Below are positions 28,425 through 37,691 of a stretch of 64,000 nucleotides of DNA, in pieces (the stretch's first letter is position 1; each line of letters opens with the position of its first letter). Under the pieces are notes generated by a model. It was not told the origin of the DNA. It did not search any database and saw only the letters and a list, made by a program, of their open reading frames with translations. A program made the translations under genes and the position numbers. The DNA comes from Candidatus Latescibacterota bacterium (GTDB lineage: Bacteria; Latescibacterota; UBA2968; UBA8231), in the NCBI GenBank assembly GCA_965242865.1, contig CBDETK010000013.1:5536001-5600000 (forward strand), written 5' to 3'.

Positions 28425-30179
28425 ATGTCTTTGTTGAAATCGACAAAAACCCTGCTTGCGTTCGTCCTTTTGGGCGTCGTCGGCACTTGGATCGGCTGCT
28501 CAGACTCCGCGCCGGTCGCTTCTCGGCCAGCGGGCAAAGCCACCTGTTCCTTATGCGAATTCTTGGGCGACGACACCTACACCGCTACCGACGGGCTGCC
28601 CGCCCCGGAAAGCCCTGATACCACCCAGACCGACGCCGAAGCCGACAGTACACAAGCCGAGACCGACGCTGACGCCGATAGCACTCAATCGGCCACCGTG
28701 GAGTTTGCCGACGCCAATCTGGAGCGGGCGGTGCGAGAGGCGTTGGACCGCCCGTCAGGGCCGCTGACCCCGGCAGACTTGGCGGCCCTAACCGAACTCG
28801 ACGCGAGCTACAAAAACATTGAGAGCGTGGCCGGCCTCGAACACGCAACAGCACTGACAACGCTGTATCTGCGGGGCAACGCGATTACCGACGTGCAGCC
28901 GTTGGCCAGCTTGACCAACCTTCAAACGTTGTCGCTGTGGGGCAACAAGGTGGCGGATGCGAGTCCGCTGGCCAGCCTGATCCGCTTACGTACGCTGGAT
29001 ATGTGGGGCAACGCGATTACCGACGTCAGTCCGTTAGCTCGCCTAACGAACCTGCAATTTCTCCAGCTAGGGGACAACGCGATTGCGGACGTGAGTCCGT
29101 TGGCGAGCCTGACGAACCTGCGATGGCTGGGCGTGATGGAAAACGCCCTCAGCCAGCACGCAGCCAACCAACAACTCGCCGCCGCGATAACAAGCGGCCT
29201 CCGCGTCGTAGCGGTACTAGAAAAATACCCCCGCGTCGAAACCGTCCAAGTCTATCCAGAGCTGCCGGAACCGACATACGCACGCCCCGCCATATACTTC
29301 ACGGACGATGACAGGGGATCATATACAGATGAAAATGACAGACAGTCTCGGATTTGGCGTGCCAACTTGGATGGCACAGGCGACCAATCCTTCGTCCTCC
29401 CTGTAGAATATGCTGAAGGACCTTTTGGACCCGAAGCCCAAGGAAGTCATCCAACAGGCATCGCGGTGGATGTGGTGAACAGAAAGATATACTGGACGGA
29501 CGGGGTCCTAAGCGCTTCGATACGGCGTTCCAACTTGGATGGCAAAGGCACGGAAACCCTCGTCTCGGGATTGGGGACGACAGCGGGCATCGCGCTGGAT
29601 GTGGAGAATGGAAAGATATACTGGATGAATGCGGATACTCTTGGGTCTTTCAACTTGGAGGACAGAGACCGCCAAAACCTCGTCATCGATGACTTGAATG
29701 AGCCAGCCAGCATCGCGCTGGACGTGGAGAATAGAAAGATATACTGGACGAACTGGGGCGAAGATAAGATTGAGTATGCCAACTTGGATGGGGATGGCGG
29801 TGTCTCAAGCCGCCAAGAATTCCTTGCGAGTGCTATGAATGGCGATCCGGCCGATTGGGCATCGGGCCTCGCGCTGGATGGGGTGAACAGAAAGATATAC
29901 TGGGTGACTTACTCGCGCGATTCGATGGATTCGGATCGGAGCAAAATTATGTGGGCCAACTTGGCTGGGGATGGCTCATTGGATGGGGGCGCCCAAGACT
30001 GCATCACCACGGGGTTGACGACGGCATGGGGCCTCGCGGTGGATGCGGCGGGCGGAAAGATATACTGGGTGGACAGGGCCGCGCGGACGGTTGGGCGCGC
30101 CAACTTGGATTGCTCAGAACAAGAAGACATCATCACGGGGTTGCGATTTCCACTGTACATCGCGCTGGGTGTTTGGTAG
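28425..30179 (+). CDS. Lipoprotein with internalin-type LRRs and an LDL-receptor class B (YWTD) beta-propeller
   Basis: AAGGAG RBS; WIGC lipobox; FADANLE.AVR cap; L..L.L.GN.I.DV.PLA.L repeats; GIALD...KIYW(T)D repeats. Confidence 0.9.
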   Translation: MSLLKSTKTLLAFVLLGVVGTWIGCSDSAPVASRPAGKATCSLCEFLGDDTYTATDGLPAPESPDTTQTDAEADSTQAETDADADSTQSATVEFADANLERAVREALDRPSGPLTPADLAALTELDASYKNIESVAGLEHATALTTLYLRGNAITDVQPLASLTNLQTLSLWGNKVADASPLASLIRLRTLDMWGNAITDVSPLARLTNLQFLQLGDNAIADVSPLASLTNLRWLGVMENALSQHAANQQLAAAITSGLRVVAVLEKYPRVETVQVYPELPEPTYARPAIYFTDDDRGSYTDENDRQSRIWRANLDGTGDQSFVLPVEYAEGPFGPEAQGSHPTGIAVDVVNRKIYWTDGVLSASIRRSNLDGKGTETLVSGLGTTAGIALDVENGKIYWMNADTLGSFNLEDRDRQNLVIDDLNEPASIALDVENRKIYWTNWGEDKIEYANLDGDGGVSSRQEFLASAMNGDPADWASGLALDGVNRKIYWVTYSRDSMDSDRSKIMWANLAGDGSLDGGAQDCITTGLTTAWGLAVDAAGGKIYWVDRAARTVGRANLDCSEQEDIITGLRFPLYIALGVW

Positions 30180-30327
30180 GCATGGAGGTTCACCTGCCCG
30201 GCTGGCATGGCGTTGAGGCGACGGGCTAAAGCCGAGCGGGAAGGACAGCGACCGCCTCTACGGCTTGTTCAAAACGACCCAAGGTAGAATTTGCGGAGCA
30301 GACCGCTTCTAACCCCCTCCGAACCCA

Positions 30328-31380
30328 TTAGAAGGTGCGCCGGACGAGAAAGTCGAGCATCTCGCCCAGCATGTCGCGCGCGGGGTTGGCCGGAAGCCGC
30401 GCGAGGTGCGCCCAGCTCTCTTCGGCCTTCTGCTCGCACACCCGCTCGACGTAGCGGTCACATTCGTAGTGCTCGACCAAGGCGATGACGCGCTCGATCT
30501 CAGCGACCGTGTTGCGCTGCCGCTCTTGGTGCAAGATCGCCAGCACTTCCGCGCGCTCGGCCGCCGTGCATTTGCCCAACAGGTCGATGATGATCAAGGT
30601 CCGCTTCCCCTCGGCAATATCCCCACCCCGCTCCTTGCCGTAGGCCCCGGAGGTAATCCCGGGTGCAGACCCGGCGTCTTGCTCGGAAGAGCGCATGTTC
30701 AGCAGGTCGTCGCGGAGCTGGAACGCGATGGCCATGGCCTCGCCAAAGTCGCCGATACCAGCGCGCAACTCCGCGTTGGCGCCGGCGATAATCGCCCCGG
30801 CCGTACACGGCCCCCGGCCAGTGTACCACCCGGTCTTTTTGCGCAACATGGTCATAAACTCGGCCTCGCTGGGAATGTAGCGATGGCGAATCCAGCCGAC
30901 GTCATACGCCTGCCCCTCAAACGTCTCGCACGAGCCGCGGATCATCTCGTCCATCAAATCGAGCGCGACCTTTGCTCCCAACCCCTCGCGGTTCGCGCAG
31001 AGGATTTCAAAGACCTTGGCGTATAGGGCATCGCCGACGTTGATGGACAATGGGATGCCGTGCAGCTTGTGCAAACAGGGCTTGCCGCGCCGCAGCTCGG
31101 AATCGTCTTCAATGTCGTCGTGGACCACGGCAAATGACTGAAACATCTCAAAGGCCACGGCCGTCCGCATGGCTTTCTTCACGTCGCCGCCGCAGGCTTG
31201 GCACGCCAAGAGCACCAGCACCGGGCGAAAGCGCTTGCCGCCGCGCTCCGGGTAGTCGCGCATCAGCCGATATAGAAATGCTTCGGGCTCGCGCACGACG
31301 AGGAACGACAGCAGCTCCTCTTCTAGCTTTGGAACGTAGTGGTGCAAAAATTGGCGCAAGCCTTGGACAACCGCAGCCAT
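30328..31380 (-). CDS. Polyprenyl (GGPP/FPP) synthetase
   Basis: GGKRFRP, HDDIED..ELRRG, KKT, FQLRDD, DIAEGK. Confidence 0.9.
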   Translation of the reverse strand: MAAVVQGLRQFLHHYVPKLEEELLSFLVVREPEAFLYRLMRDYPERGGKRFRPVLVLLACQACGGDVKKAMRTAVAFEMFQSFAVVHDDIEDDSELRRGKPCLHKLHGIPLSINVGDALYAKVFEILCANREGLGAKVALDLMDEMIRGSCETFEGQAYDVGWIRHRYIPSEAEFMTMLRKKTGWYTGRGPCTAGAIIAGANAELRAGIGDFGEAMAIAFQLRDDLLNMRSSEQDAGSAPGITSGAYGKERGGDIAEGKRTLIIIDLLGKCTAAERAEVLAILHQERQRNTVAEIERVIALVEHYECDRYVERVCEQKAEESWAHLARLPANPARDMLGEMLDFLVRRTF

Positions 31381-31408
31381 GTTCAGCCTTTCGTCGGGAA
31401 GGGCGCAT

Positions 31409-31993
31409 CTACCATCGGGGGCGCTCCACTTGCACCTCGGGATGCGAGACAATTAAATGCCATATAACGGCTTGGAAGGATTCCGTCAGCGGCGTGACCG
31501 CATCCGGGGCGACCGTCGGCACAATCGCGCAGGCGTCCGCGACTTGGGCCGTAAAGCCGCCATCTCGCCCGACGATGCCGCAGATTTTGGCCCCGACCTC
31601 TTGGGCGAACTCCAGCGCGGCCACCAAGTTGACGCTGGTGTTCAGCGGGCGATTGCCCCCGCCGACCGACAAGATCAAGACCAGATCCCGTTCGTTTAAG
31701 CGGCTGCCCTTGAGCCAGTTGGCCAAGCTGGTGTCCCAGCCCTCGTCGTTGATGCGGGCCGTCAGCTCCGAGACGTTGTCCGTCGGGGCATAAGCCTCAA
31801 TGCCGGCCAGCTTGCGAAAGTCGTTGACCGCGTGGCTGGCATTGGCCGCGCTGCCCCCCACGCCGAGGATAAAAAGCCGCCCCCCGCGCTGACGGGTCTC
31901 CACGCAGAGCCGCACCATCGCTTCGATCGCATTGCGGTCGAGCTGCTCAATGACTTGAGCGGCCGCGGCCAAGTACTGTTGGCTGTAACTCAT
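31409..31993 (-). CDS. gmhA: SIS-domain D-sedoheptulose-7-phosphate isomerase
   Basis: LGVGGSAANASH, TARINDEG, LSVGG, ESFQ..IWH. Confidence 0.75.
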   Translation of the reverse strand: MSYSQQYLAAAAQVIEQLDRNAIEAMVRLCVETRQRGGRLFILGVGGSAANASHAVNDFRKLAGIEAYAPTDNVSELTARINDEGWDTSLANWLKGSRLNERDLVLILSVGGGNRPLNTSVNLVAALEFAQEVGAKICGIVGRDGGFTAQVADACAIVPTVAPDAVTPLTESFQAVIWHLIVSHPEVQVERPRW

Positions 31994-32001
31994 GGGCTGG
32001 C

Positions 32002-32751
32002 TCACAGGCTGTAGCCGGCCGCCGTGGCATCCGCGTAAAAGGTCTGCACCGTGTCCAGCGAGAATTGGCCCAGTTCCTTGCCCAAGGTCGGCAGCTTTTT
32101 GATGATGTCGCTGGTACAGGTGATGATGTGGCAGCCGATGCGGTCGGCTTGGACGACATTGTACACTTCGCGGGGGCTGGCCCAGATGAGCTCGGCGCGA
32201 GGATTGGGCGCGAGCAGCTCGACCGATTCGGCCATGACCGGCATGTAGTCTAGCCCGGCGTCGGCGATGCGGCCGGCAAAGACCGACACGCAGCACGGTG
32301 CTCCGCCGGCGACCGCGGCCGCCACTTCGCGCACTTGCTCGAGCAGAAAAATCGCGGTGACGTTCACCTTGACCCCGTCGTGCGACAGCCGCTGGACCAA
32401 GTCGTAGCTAACCTCGCCTTGGGTGTTGCTGACGGGAATTTTGGCGTACACGTTTGAGCCCCAAGTGGCGATCTCGCGGGCTTGGCGCTCCATGTCGTCG
32501 AACTCGTCTGAAAAGACTTCAAAGGAAATGTGGCGGTCGGGAATGGCCGCGACGATGTCGCGGGCAAAGGCCCGGTAGTCGGTGACGCCGGCTTGGCGCA
32601 TCAAGGTGGGATTGGTCGTAAAGCCAGCCACCAGTGGATTGGCATAGCTGGCCAACATGCTAGCGCGGTCGGCCCCGTCGGCAAAAATTTTGACTGCGAG
32701 GTCGGCGGCGGTTTTTTCGGACGCGAGCACTTGGGAAGTGCGGGTGGTCAT
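32002..32751 (-). CDS. tal: Transaldolase (short type)
   Basis: IFAD, GFTTNPTLM, SFEV, YAKIP, VNVT, SVFAGRI, WASPR. Confidence 0.9.
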   Translation of the reverse strand: MTTRTSQVLASEKTAADLAVKIFADGADRASMLASYANPLVAGFTTNPTLMRQAGVTDYRAFARDIVAAIPDRHISFEVFSDEFDDMERQAREIATWGSNVYAKIPVSNTQGEVSYDLVQRLSHDGVKVNVTAIFLLEQVREVAAAVAGGAPCCVSVFAGRIADAGLDYMPVMAESVELLAPNPRAELIWASPREVYNVVQADRIGCHIITCTSDIIKKLPTLGKELGQFSLDTVQTFYADATAAGYSL

Positions 32752-32982
32752 GGTCTAGCTCCTTTAGATTCGCGGTATGCTTACGACACCAAGGCGGGAC
32801 GCAGAAAAGGCGGCCGCAAAGGAGGGGTCGTGTGCTTGGGTCTGTTAATAGTAAAGATAAAACGCGCAGCCGAAAAATTGGGGCGGCCCACGTGCGGTGC
32901 GGTTGGCAATCGTAAAACGCGTGTCGTATAATTACAAGCAACCGCTGCATCTCACTCGCCATCCATAAGTAGAGGCACTGCG

Positions 32983-34422
32983 ATGAAATACCAATGGGCA
33001 CTGGTCGGTTTGCTAATCGCCTCCACCGGCTCTATAGCCGCTGAGCTCTCGCTGCAAGAGTGCATTGACTTGGCCCTGCAAAACAACTTGCAACACCAAA
33101 GGGACCAACAAACGCTCGCCAGCAGCCGCTTTCAGCTAACGTCGGCGCGGGCGCCCTTTGCCTTTAACGTGAACGCCGACGCCACCGTCCCCAGCTTTAC
33201 CGGGCTGAGCGATACCCAAGAAAACATCGCCCTCGAAACCCGAGTCCGCGAAGAGAGTTCCGACATCTTGTACGCGGGCAATCTGCGCATGACCCAGCGC
33301 CTGCGCCACCTCGGCCAATTCACCCTGAACTCGTCGGCCCTGCGCCGCGACTTCTCGTCCAATCGCCGCGCCAACTTCCTCGACTATTCCGGTTCGACGC
33401 GCCTTTCCTACGAGCGCGACATCCTCGGCCAGCCCAGCGAGGAGATCGCGCTCAAGCGGGCCGAGCACGGCCTGCAAAGCGCCCGCCTCCTCCTCGACCG
33501 CCAGCGGCTCCAGCTAGAGGGGCAAGTCATCGACGATTACTACGATTTGGTACAGAGCGTCCGCGAGCTCGAAATCGAACAACAGCGCCTGACCCAGTCG
33601 CGCGCCAATTTGGAGCTGGCGCAACGAAAATTTGAGGTCGGCCTCATCGCCGAAGTGGAGGCCCTGCGCTTACAGGTGGAGATGCTGCAGGCCGAGGCCA
33701 CGTACGACCAAGCCCAAACCAATATCGAATTGCGCCGCGACATTCTCCGCGAGACCTTGGGGATCGACGTGTGGGCCCCGCTCGAAATCGACACCGAGGT
33801 CCAGTACGAGATTCACCCCATTGACGCCCAACGCGCCCTCGAAATTGGCTTGGCGCGCCGCACCGACATGAAACGAGCCGAAATTTTTGCGGAAATCCGC
33901 GCCTTGGAGCTAAAAGATGTCCGCCGCCGCAATGGCATGAACGCGACTTTTGGCGCCAACGTCAGCATGCGGGGGCACGGCGACGAAATCGGCGCCATCC
34001 GCGACAATTTTGAGCGCAATCGCTGGGGCGTCGAGCTGCGAGTAACCCTGCCCCTGATCGACAGCGGCCAGCGGCGGGCGGCCGTCGGCCAAGCGCGCAT
34101 CGCCTTGGAGCAAAGCCGCATCACCCGCGAGCAGCAGCGCCGCCAGATCATCCAACAGATCCGCGACGCCACGCGCCGCGTCCACGAGGCCGAGCGCCAG
34201 ATTGACCTGCGCCAAGCCGCCCTCGAATTTGCCCAGCGCACCTACGACGTCGAGCAGAGCCGCTTTGAGCTCGGCTTGGCCGACAGCCAGCAGTTGCTCC
34301 AAGCCCAAGGCAATTTGACCCAAGCCCAGATCAACGCCCTAGGCGCGGTCATCGGCTACCAGCGCCAGCTCAAAAACGCACGGCTCGCGACCATGGCCGA
34401 GCTCAAAGAACTGGCGCCGTAG
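32983..34422 (+). CDS. TolC-family outer-membrane efflux protein
   Basis: LSLQECIDLALQNN; RKFEVGL; two OEP repeats. Confidence 0.85.
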   Translation: MKYQWALVGLLIASTGSIAAELSLQECIDLALQNNLQHQRDQQTLASSRFQLTSARAPFAFNVNADATVPSFTGLSDTQENIALETRVREESSDILYAGNLRMTQRLRHLGQFTLNSSALRRDFSSNRRANFLDYSGSTRLSYERDILGQPSEEIALKRAEHGLQSARLLLDRQRLQLEGQVIDDYYDLVQSVRELEIEQQRLTQSRANLELAQRKFEVGLIAEVEALRLQVEMLQAEATYDQAQTNIELRRDILRETLGIDVWAPLEIDTEVQYEIHPIDAQRALEIGLARRTDMKRAEIFAEIRALELKDVRRRNGMNATFGANVSMRGHGDEIGAIRDNFERNRWGVELRVTLPLIDSGQRRAAVGQARIALEQSRITREQQRRQIIQQIRDATRRVHEAERQIDLRQAALEFAQRTYDVEQSRFELGLADSQQLLQAQGNLTQAQINALGAVIGYQRQLKNARLATMAELKELAP

Positions 34423-34436
34423 CCACCCCCCAATAC

Positions 34437-34480
34437 AAAGGCGGCCCAAGCTGCTCAACGCACGCTCGGGCCGCCCTTTT
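34437..34480. terminator. Probable bidirectional intrinsic terminator
   Basis: aaa-ggcggccc...gggccgcc-ctttt between convergent genes. Confidence 0.6.
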
Positions 34481-34502
34481 GCTAACGCGCCGCTTTAAGT
34501 GC

Positions 34503-34991
34503 CTAGCGGTCGTCTTCTGAATCCATCAGCGGATGCGAGAACTCTTCTATGTCCTCGCCAAACATCCGCCGCGGGCGCAGCCGGGTATAGGATGGAATCC
34601 GGTGTTGCTCCTCGGCCTCCTGACAGGACACGCACAGCCGCGCCGTAGGCAGTGCCTCCAAGCGCGGCTTGGGAATAAACGGACAGGTCTGGCACAGGTT
34701 TAAGGGCTTTTCGAGGCAGGCTTCGCACTTGCCGTACGTCGTGCTGTCCAGCTTCTCAAGCGCCAGCGTGACCTCCTCCAACTCGCGGCGCTCGGTATCG
34801 CCCAGCGCGACCAACAGCTCCATGGCGCCCGCCTCAACCGCTCGGTCGAGGTCGTCGGCCTTGGGGTCTTGCAGTTCGTCAATCTCGTGCTCGGTGCCGT
34901 CCAAATCGCTGAGCAATTCAGCGCGACGCACCAAGAGCTTCTTCTTTATTCGCTCTCGATCTCGCTTGTTGAGGGCCATCTTTTTGGCCAT
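34503..34991 (-). CDS. TraR/DksA C4 zinc-finger protein
   Basis: DxxDxA tip (DDLDRA); ALEKL...YGKCEAC...RLEALPTARLCVSC. Confidence 0.85.
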   Translation of the reverse strand: MAKKMALNKRDRERIKKKLLVRRAELLSDLDGTEHEIDELQDPKADDLDRAVEAGAMELLVALGDTERRELEEVTLALEKLDSTTYGKCEACLEKPLNLCQTCPFIPKPRLEALPTARLCVSCQEAEEQHRIPSYTRLRPRRMFGEDIEEFSHPLMDSEDDR

Positions 34992-35022
34992 AGCTCCCTT
35001 CTCCTTTAACCGGCTCTACCGT

Positions 35023-36774
35023 TCAAATGCCCGCGGGCTGCAAGCGAAAAACCGCCGTGCCCAACGGGCCTAGCTCGGCCGCGAGCCGTCCGTTGGCCAG
35101 CGTTGGGTCCGCTCGGCCGTGGAGTGCTTCGGCTCGTCGCATCGGCGGCAAACCGGCTAGACGCAAATCGAGCCGCCGCGGCTCTTCGGCGACATTGACG
35201 GCAAACACGTAAAAATCGCGGTTGTATTCTCTGACTGCCACTTCGACCTCGCCACCCGCCGGTTGTGCCTCCAAGCGGTGCTCCTCCTGCAAGAGCACCG
35301 GCCCTAATTCGGCGAGCTCGGCCGCGAGGTCCTGCACTTCTCGCCACAATTCCAAGGGCTGAATGTGGCGTTCGTTTTCTTGGCAATGGCGGTAAAACAA
35401 CACGCCCTTGGCCCCTCCGACCACCCCTTGGTAGATCATGTTCCGCAACTCGGTCGCCGTCGGCGAGCGCGGCCAGTGTTCCACGCCGCCAAAGGCTTGG
35501 GCTACCAACCAGACGGGCTTTCGGTCCAGCGAAGTCCAGCGCGCCTGCTGCATGGAGTCGCGCACCCGGCTGATGGGGTAATTCGGGATCGGATAGACGT
35601 CTATGGCCAGAATATCGCTGGCCCCGGCATACGTCGCGTATAGCTTCGGCCGGTTGTTGACCAAATAGGCCGGGTGGTACGGGTCGCGCTTCCGCACGAG
35701 CTCGTATATGGCCTCGGCCGCGGCCGGTGCCATCTTGGTCTCGCCCGGCTCATCGACGATGTACCAAGCGAGCAGTGCTGGGTGCTGGCGATACCGCTCG
35801 ACCAGGGCGGCAATGGCCCGATAGTCCGGCTCGGGCTGTCGCCGCGCGTACTCGGTCAGCTCCAGCAGGATGTACATCCCGGCCTCGGCCGCCTCGTCCA
35901 TCAGCGCGGCAATTTGTTCGCCGCGCAACTTGTAGAAGTAATCCCCGGAATTGAAGTGTAGCCGGCGCATGGGGGCGAGAATGTCCGCCCGCAGCCAGTA
36001 CAGGCCAATGGGAAAGAACGGCTCGCCGTCGATGAGCAAGGACTGGCTGAACTGGTCGATTTTTACCTCTCTTGCGGCTGGCGCGAATTTCTCGCAGGGC
36101 ACGACGAGTGAATCGGCCCCGCCGACCGGGTCCTGCCATTGCGCCGCCAGCCAGTAGCGCCCCTCGGGCAAATTGTAGGCGTCAAAGGCCCCGGCGACCT
36201 CCTGCCCGACCACGTTTACCTCCACGCGCTCTAAGACCTCGATGCCGCGCCGCAATTCGACCGTCGCGGGGATGGGGGTATGGCCGTGGCGATTGCGCCG
36301 CAGCCGGAAGCGAATCGCATCCTCTACGGTGTAATACGAGCGATCGGCCGAAAATTCCCAAGCGGGCCGCGCCAACAGACGCCACTCGGCCTCGTGGATG
36401 GGCGCGTCGCGCGCGGGATCGCGTAGCCGCAGGGACGCGCGGTGAACGCCCGCCTCTTCCAACCGATAGGGCAGCGCGTAGCGCACGAGCCGCCCCCGCG
36501 GCACTTGCAACCGATGCTCGTCCGTGCGCTGGACGCCCGCAGGGGTTTCCCACTCCAGTGCCGCTAGCAGGACGTGCGAACCAGTACCCGGCCTAAACAA
36601 CTGCAAGTCGAGCAGGTTGTCGCCAACTACGGGGAGCTGTTCTTGGATGATCTGGACCGTGGGCACTCCGGGCGTCGTCTTAGGGGCCATTTGCCCGCAA
36701 GCGCTTAACAGGGCCAACAGGGCAAAGCAAAAGGGCCGAGAGACAACGCCCCTCGGCAGCAATCGCCCGTTCAA
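35023..36774 (-). CDS. Lipoprotein with a glycoside-hydrolase-like TIM barrel
   Basis: LSAC lipobox; IDGEPFFPIG, HPALLAWYIVDEP, DPYHP, D.YP, QAF. Confidence 0.65.
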   Translation of the reverse strand: MNGRLLPRGVVSRPFCFALLALLSACGQMAPKTTPGVPTVQIIQEQLPVVGDNLLDLQLFRPGTGSHVLLAALEWETPAGVQRTDEHRLQVPRGRLVRYALPYRLEEAGVHRASLRLRDPARDAPIHEAEWRLLARPAWEFSADRSYYTVEDAIRFRLRRNRHGHTPIPATVELRRGIEVLERVEVNVVGQEVAGAFDAYNLPEGRYWLAAQWQDPVGGADSLVVPCEKFAPAAREVKIDQFSQSLLIDGEPFFPIGLYWLRADILAPMRRLHFNSGDYFYKLRGEQIAALMDEAAEAGMYILLELTEYARRQPEPDYRAIAALVERYRQHPALLAWYIVDEPGETKMAPAAAEAIYELVRKRDPYHPAYLVNNRPKLYATYAGASDILAIDVYPIPNYPISRVRDSMQQARWTSLDRKPVWLVAQAFGGVEHWPRSPTATELRNMIYQGVVGGAKGVLFYRHCQENERHIQPLELWREVQDLAAELAELGPVLLQEEHRLEAQPAGGEVEVAVREYNRDFYVFAVNVAEEPRRLDLRLAGLPPMRRAEALHGRADPTLANGRLAAELGPLGTAVFRLQPAGI

Positions 36775-37541
36775 GGCGACCTGCCGGCTTGCTCGGTCCC
36801 GAGCGAACGCAAGCGGTCCCTGAGCGAAGCGGCCAACTCGAATCGCTCGGTCTCAACGGCGGCCTGCAAGTCAGCCGTTAGCTGCTCGCGCAAGGTGCGC
36901 GGCCGACTGCTCTCCACCTCGCCTTCCCACTCGCGCAAAAAGAGCAACTCAGGGCACTGGTCGAGCTGGTCCAATTGACCAATTTTGGCGAGGAACGCCT
37001 CGATCTCGGCGATGCCCCGGCGAATCTCGGCGAGCGCCTCGGCGTGGTTTTCGGCTTCTAGACAGGCCAGTGCCCGCGCTTGCACTCGATGGGCGGTGAC
37101 AAAGACGCGGTATTGTTCGGCGAGCTGGCGGTCTTCGTCCTCTTCGGCGCATTCGTAGCACAAGTCGAGGATGGCGAGGTTGTGCATGGCGTCCTCTTCG
37201 GCTCGCTCGTATTCCTTGAGTTCAAAAAAACCGATCCGCCGCCAGTAGTATTTCATGGCCTCTTGGGCCAACTCGGAACAATCGTCGTGCGAGAGGCTAA
37301 AGGTGCCCGGGCCGTGTGCTCTTTCCCAATCGCGTTGCTTTTGGCAGTAGTAATCCAGCAGCGACCCATAGCCGTGTGGACGGAGCGCGTCGGGACGGCC
37401 CCGCCATTCGAGCTGCATCAGGCCCAGATCCATGCGGATTTGGAGCTTTGCACTGCCGTTGCCGCCGCGTATTTTGCGCACGTTCAACTCGCCTGGGGCG
37501 TACTTCCAATCGCCGAGGATCGGGCCGATATCGCTTTCCAT
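36771..37541 (-). CDS. UvrB/UvrC (UVR) motif-containing protein
   Basis: LQIRMDLGLMQLE..GRPD; C-terminal LQAAVETERFELAASLRD. Confidence 0.8.
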   Translation of the reverse strand: MESDIGPILGDWKYAPGELNVRKIRGGNGSAKLQIRMDLGLMQLEWRGRPDALRPHGYGSLLDYYCQKQRDWERAHGPGTFSLSHDDCSELAQEAMKYYWRRIGFFELKEYERAEEDAMHNLAILDLCYECAEEDEDRQLAEQYRVFVTAHRVQARALACLEAENHAEALAEIRRGIAEIEAFLAKIGQLDQLDQCPELLFLREWEGEVESSRPRTLREQLTADLQAAVETERFELAASLRDRLRSLGTEQAGRSP

Positions 37542-37691
37542 GGACTGTGCTTGGCTTTTAGGCCGGGGTAGCAGGCGAACGAAGCGTCCGCGCACCTCGC
37601 CCGCAACGGGGTGAGCCTATTGAGTATGTGGTGATTTTTCTTTTCGGTTGGGAGCCGTTTTATAATATGCGCTGGGCATACCCTTGTCAAC

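Larger units (their letters stand above)
27345..30309. mobile_element. Non-autonomous cargo cassette with IS5-type terminal inverted repeats and TAA target duplication
   Basis: TAA|GAAGCGGTCTGC...GCAGACCGCTTC|TAA; no transposase inside. Confidence 0.7.

Noticed and set aside
32983-34422. Orphan TolC as a secretion system for the repeat proteins
   Set aside because: No adjacent ABC/MFP genes, the repeat proteins have Sec/lipoprotein signals, and stand-alone tolC genes are common.
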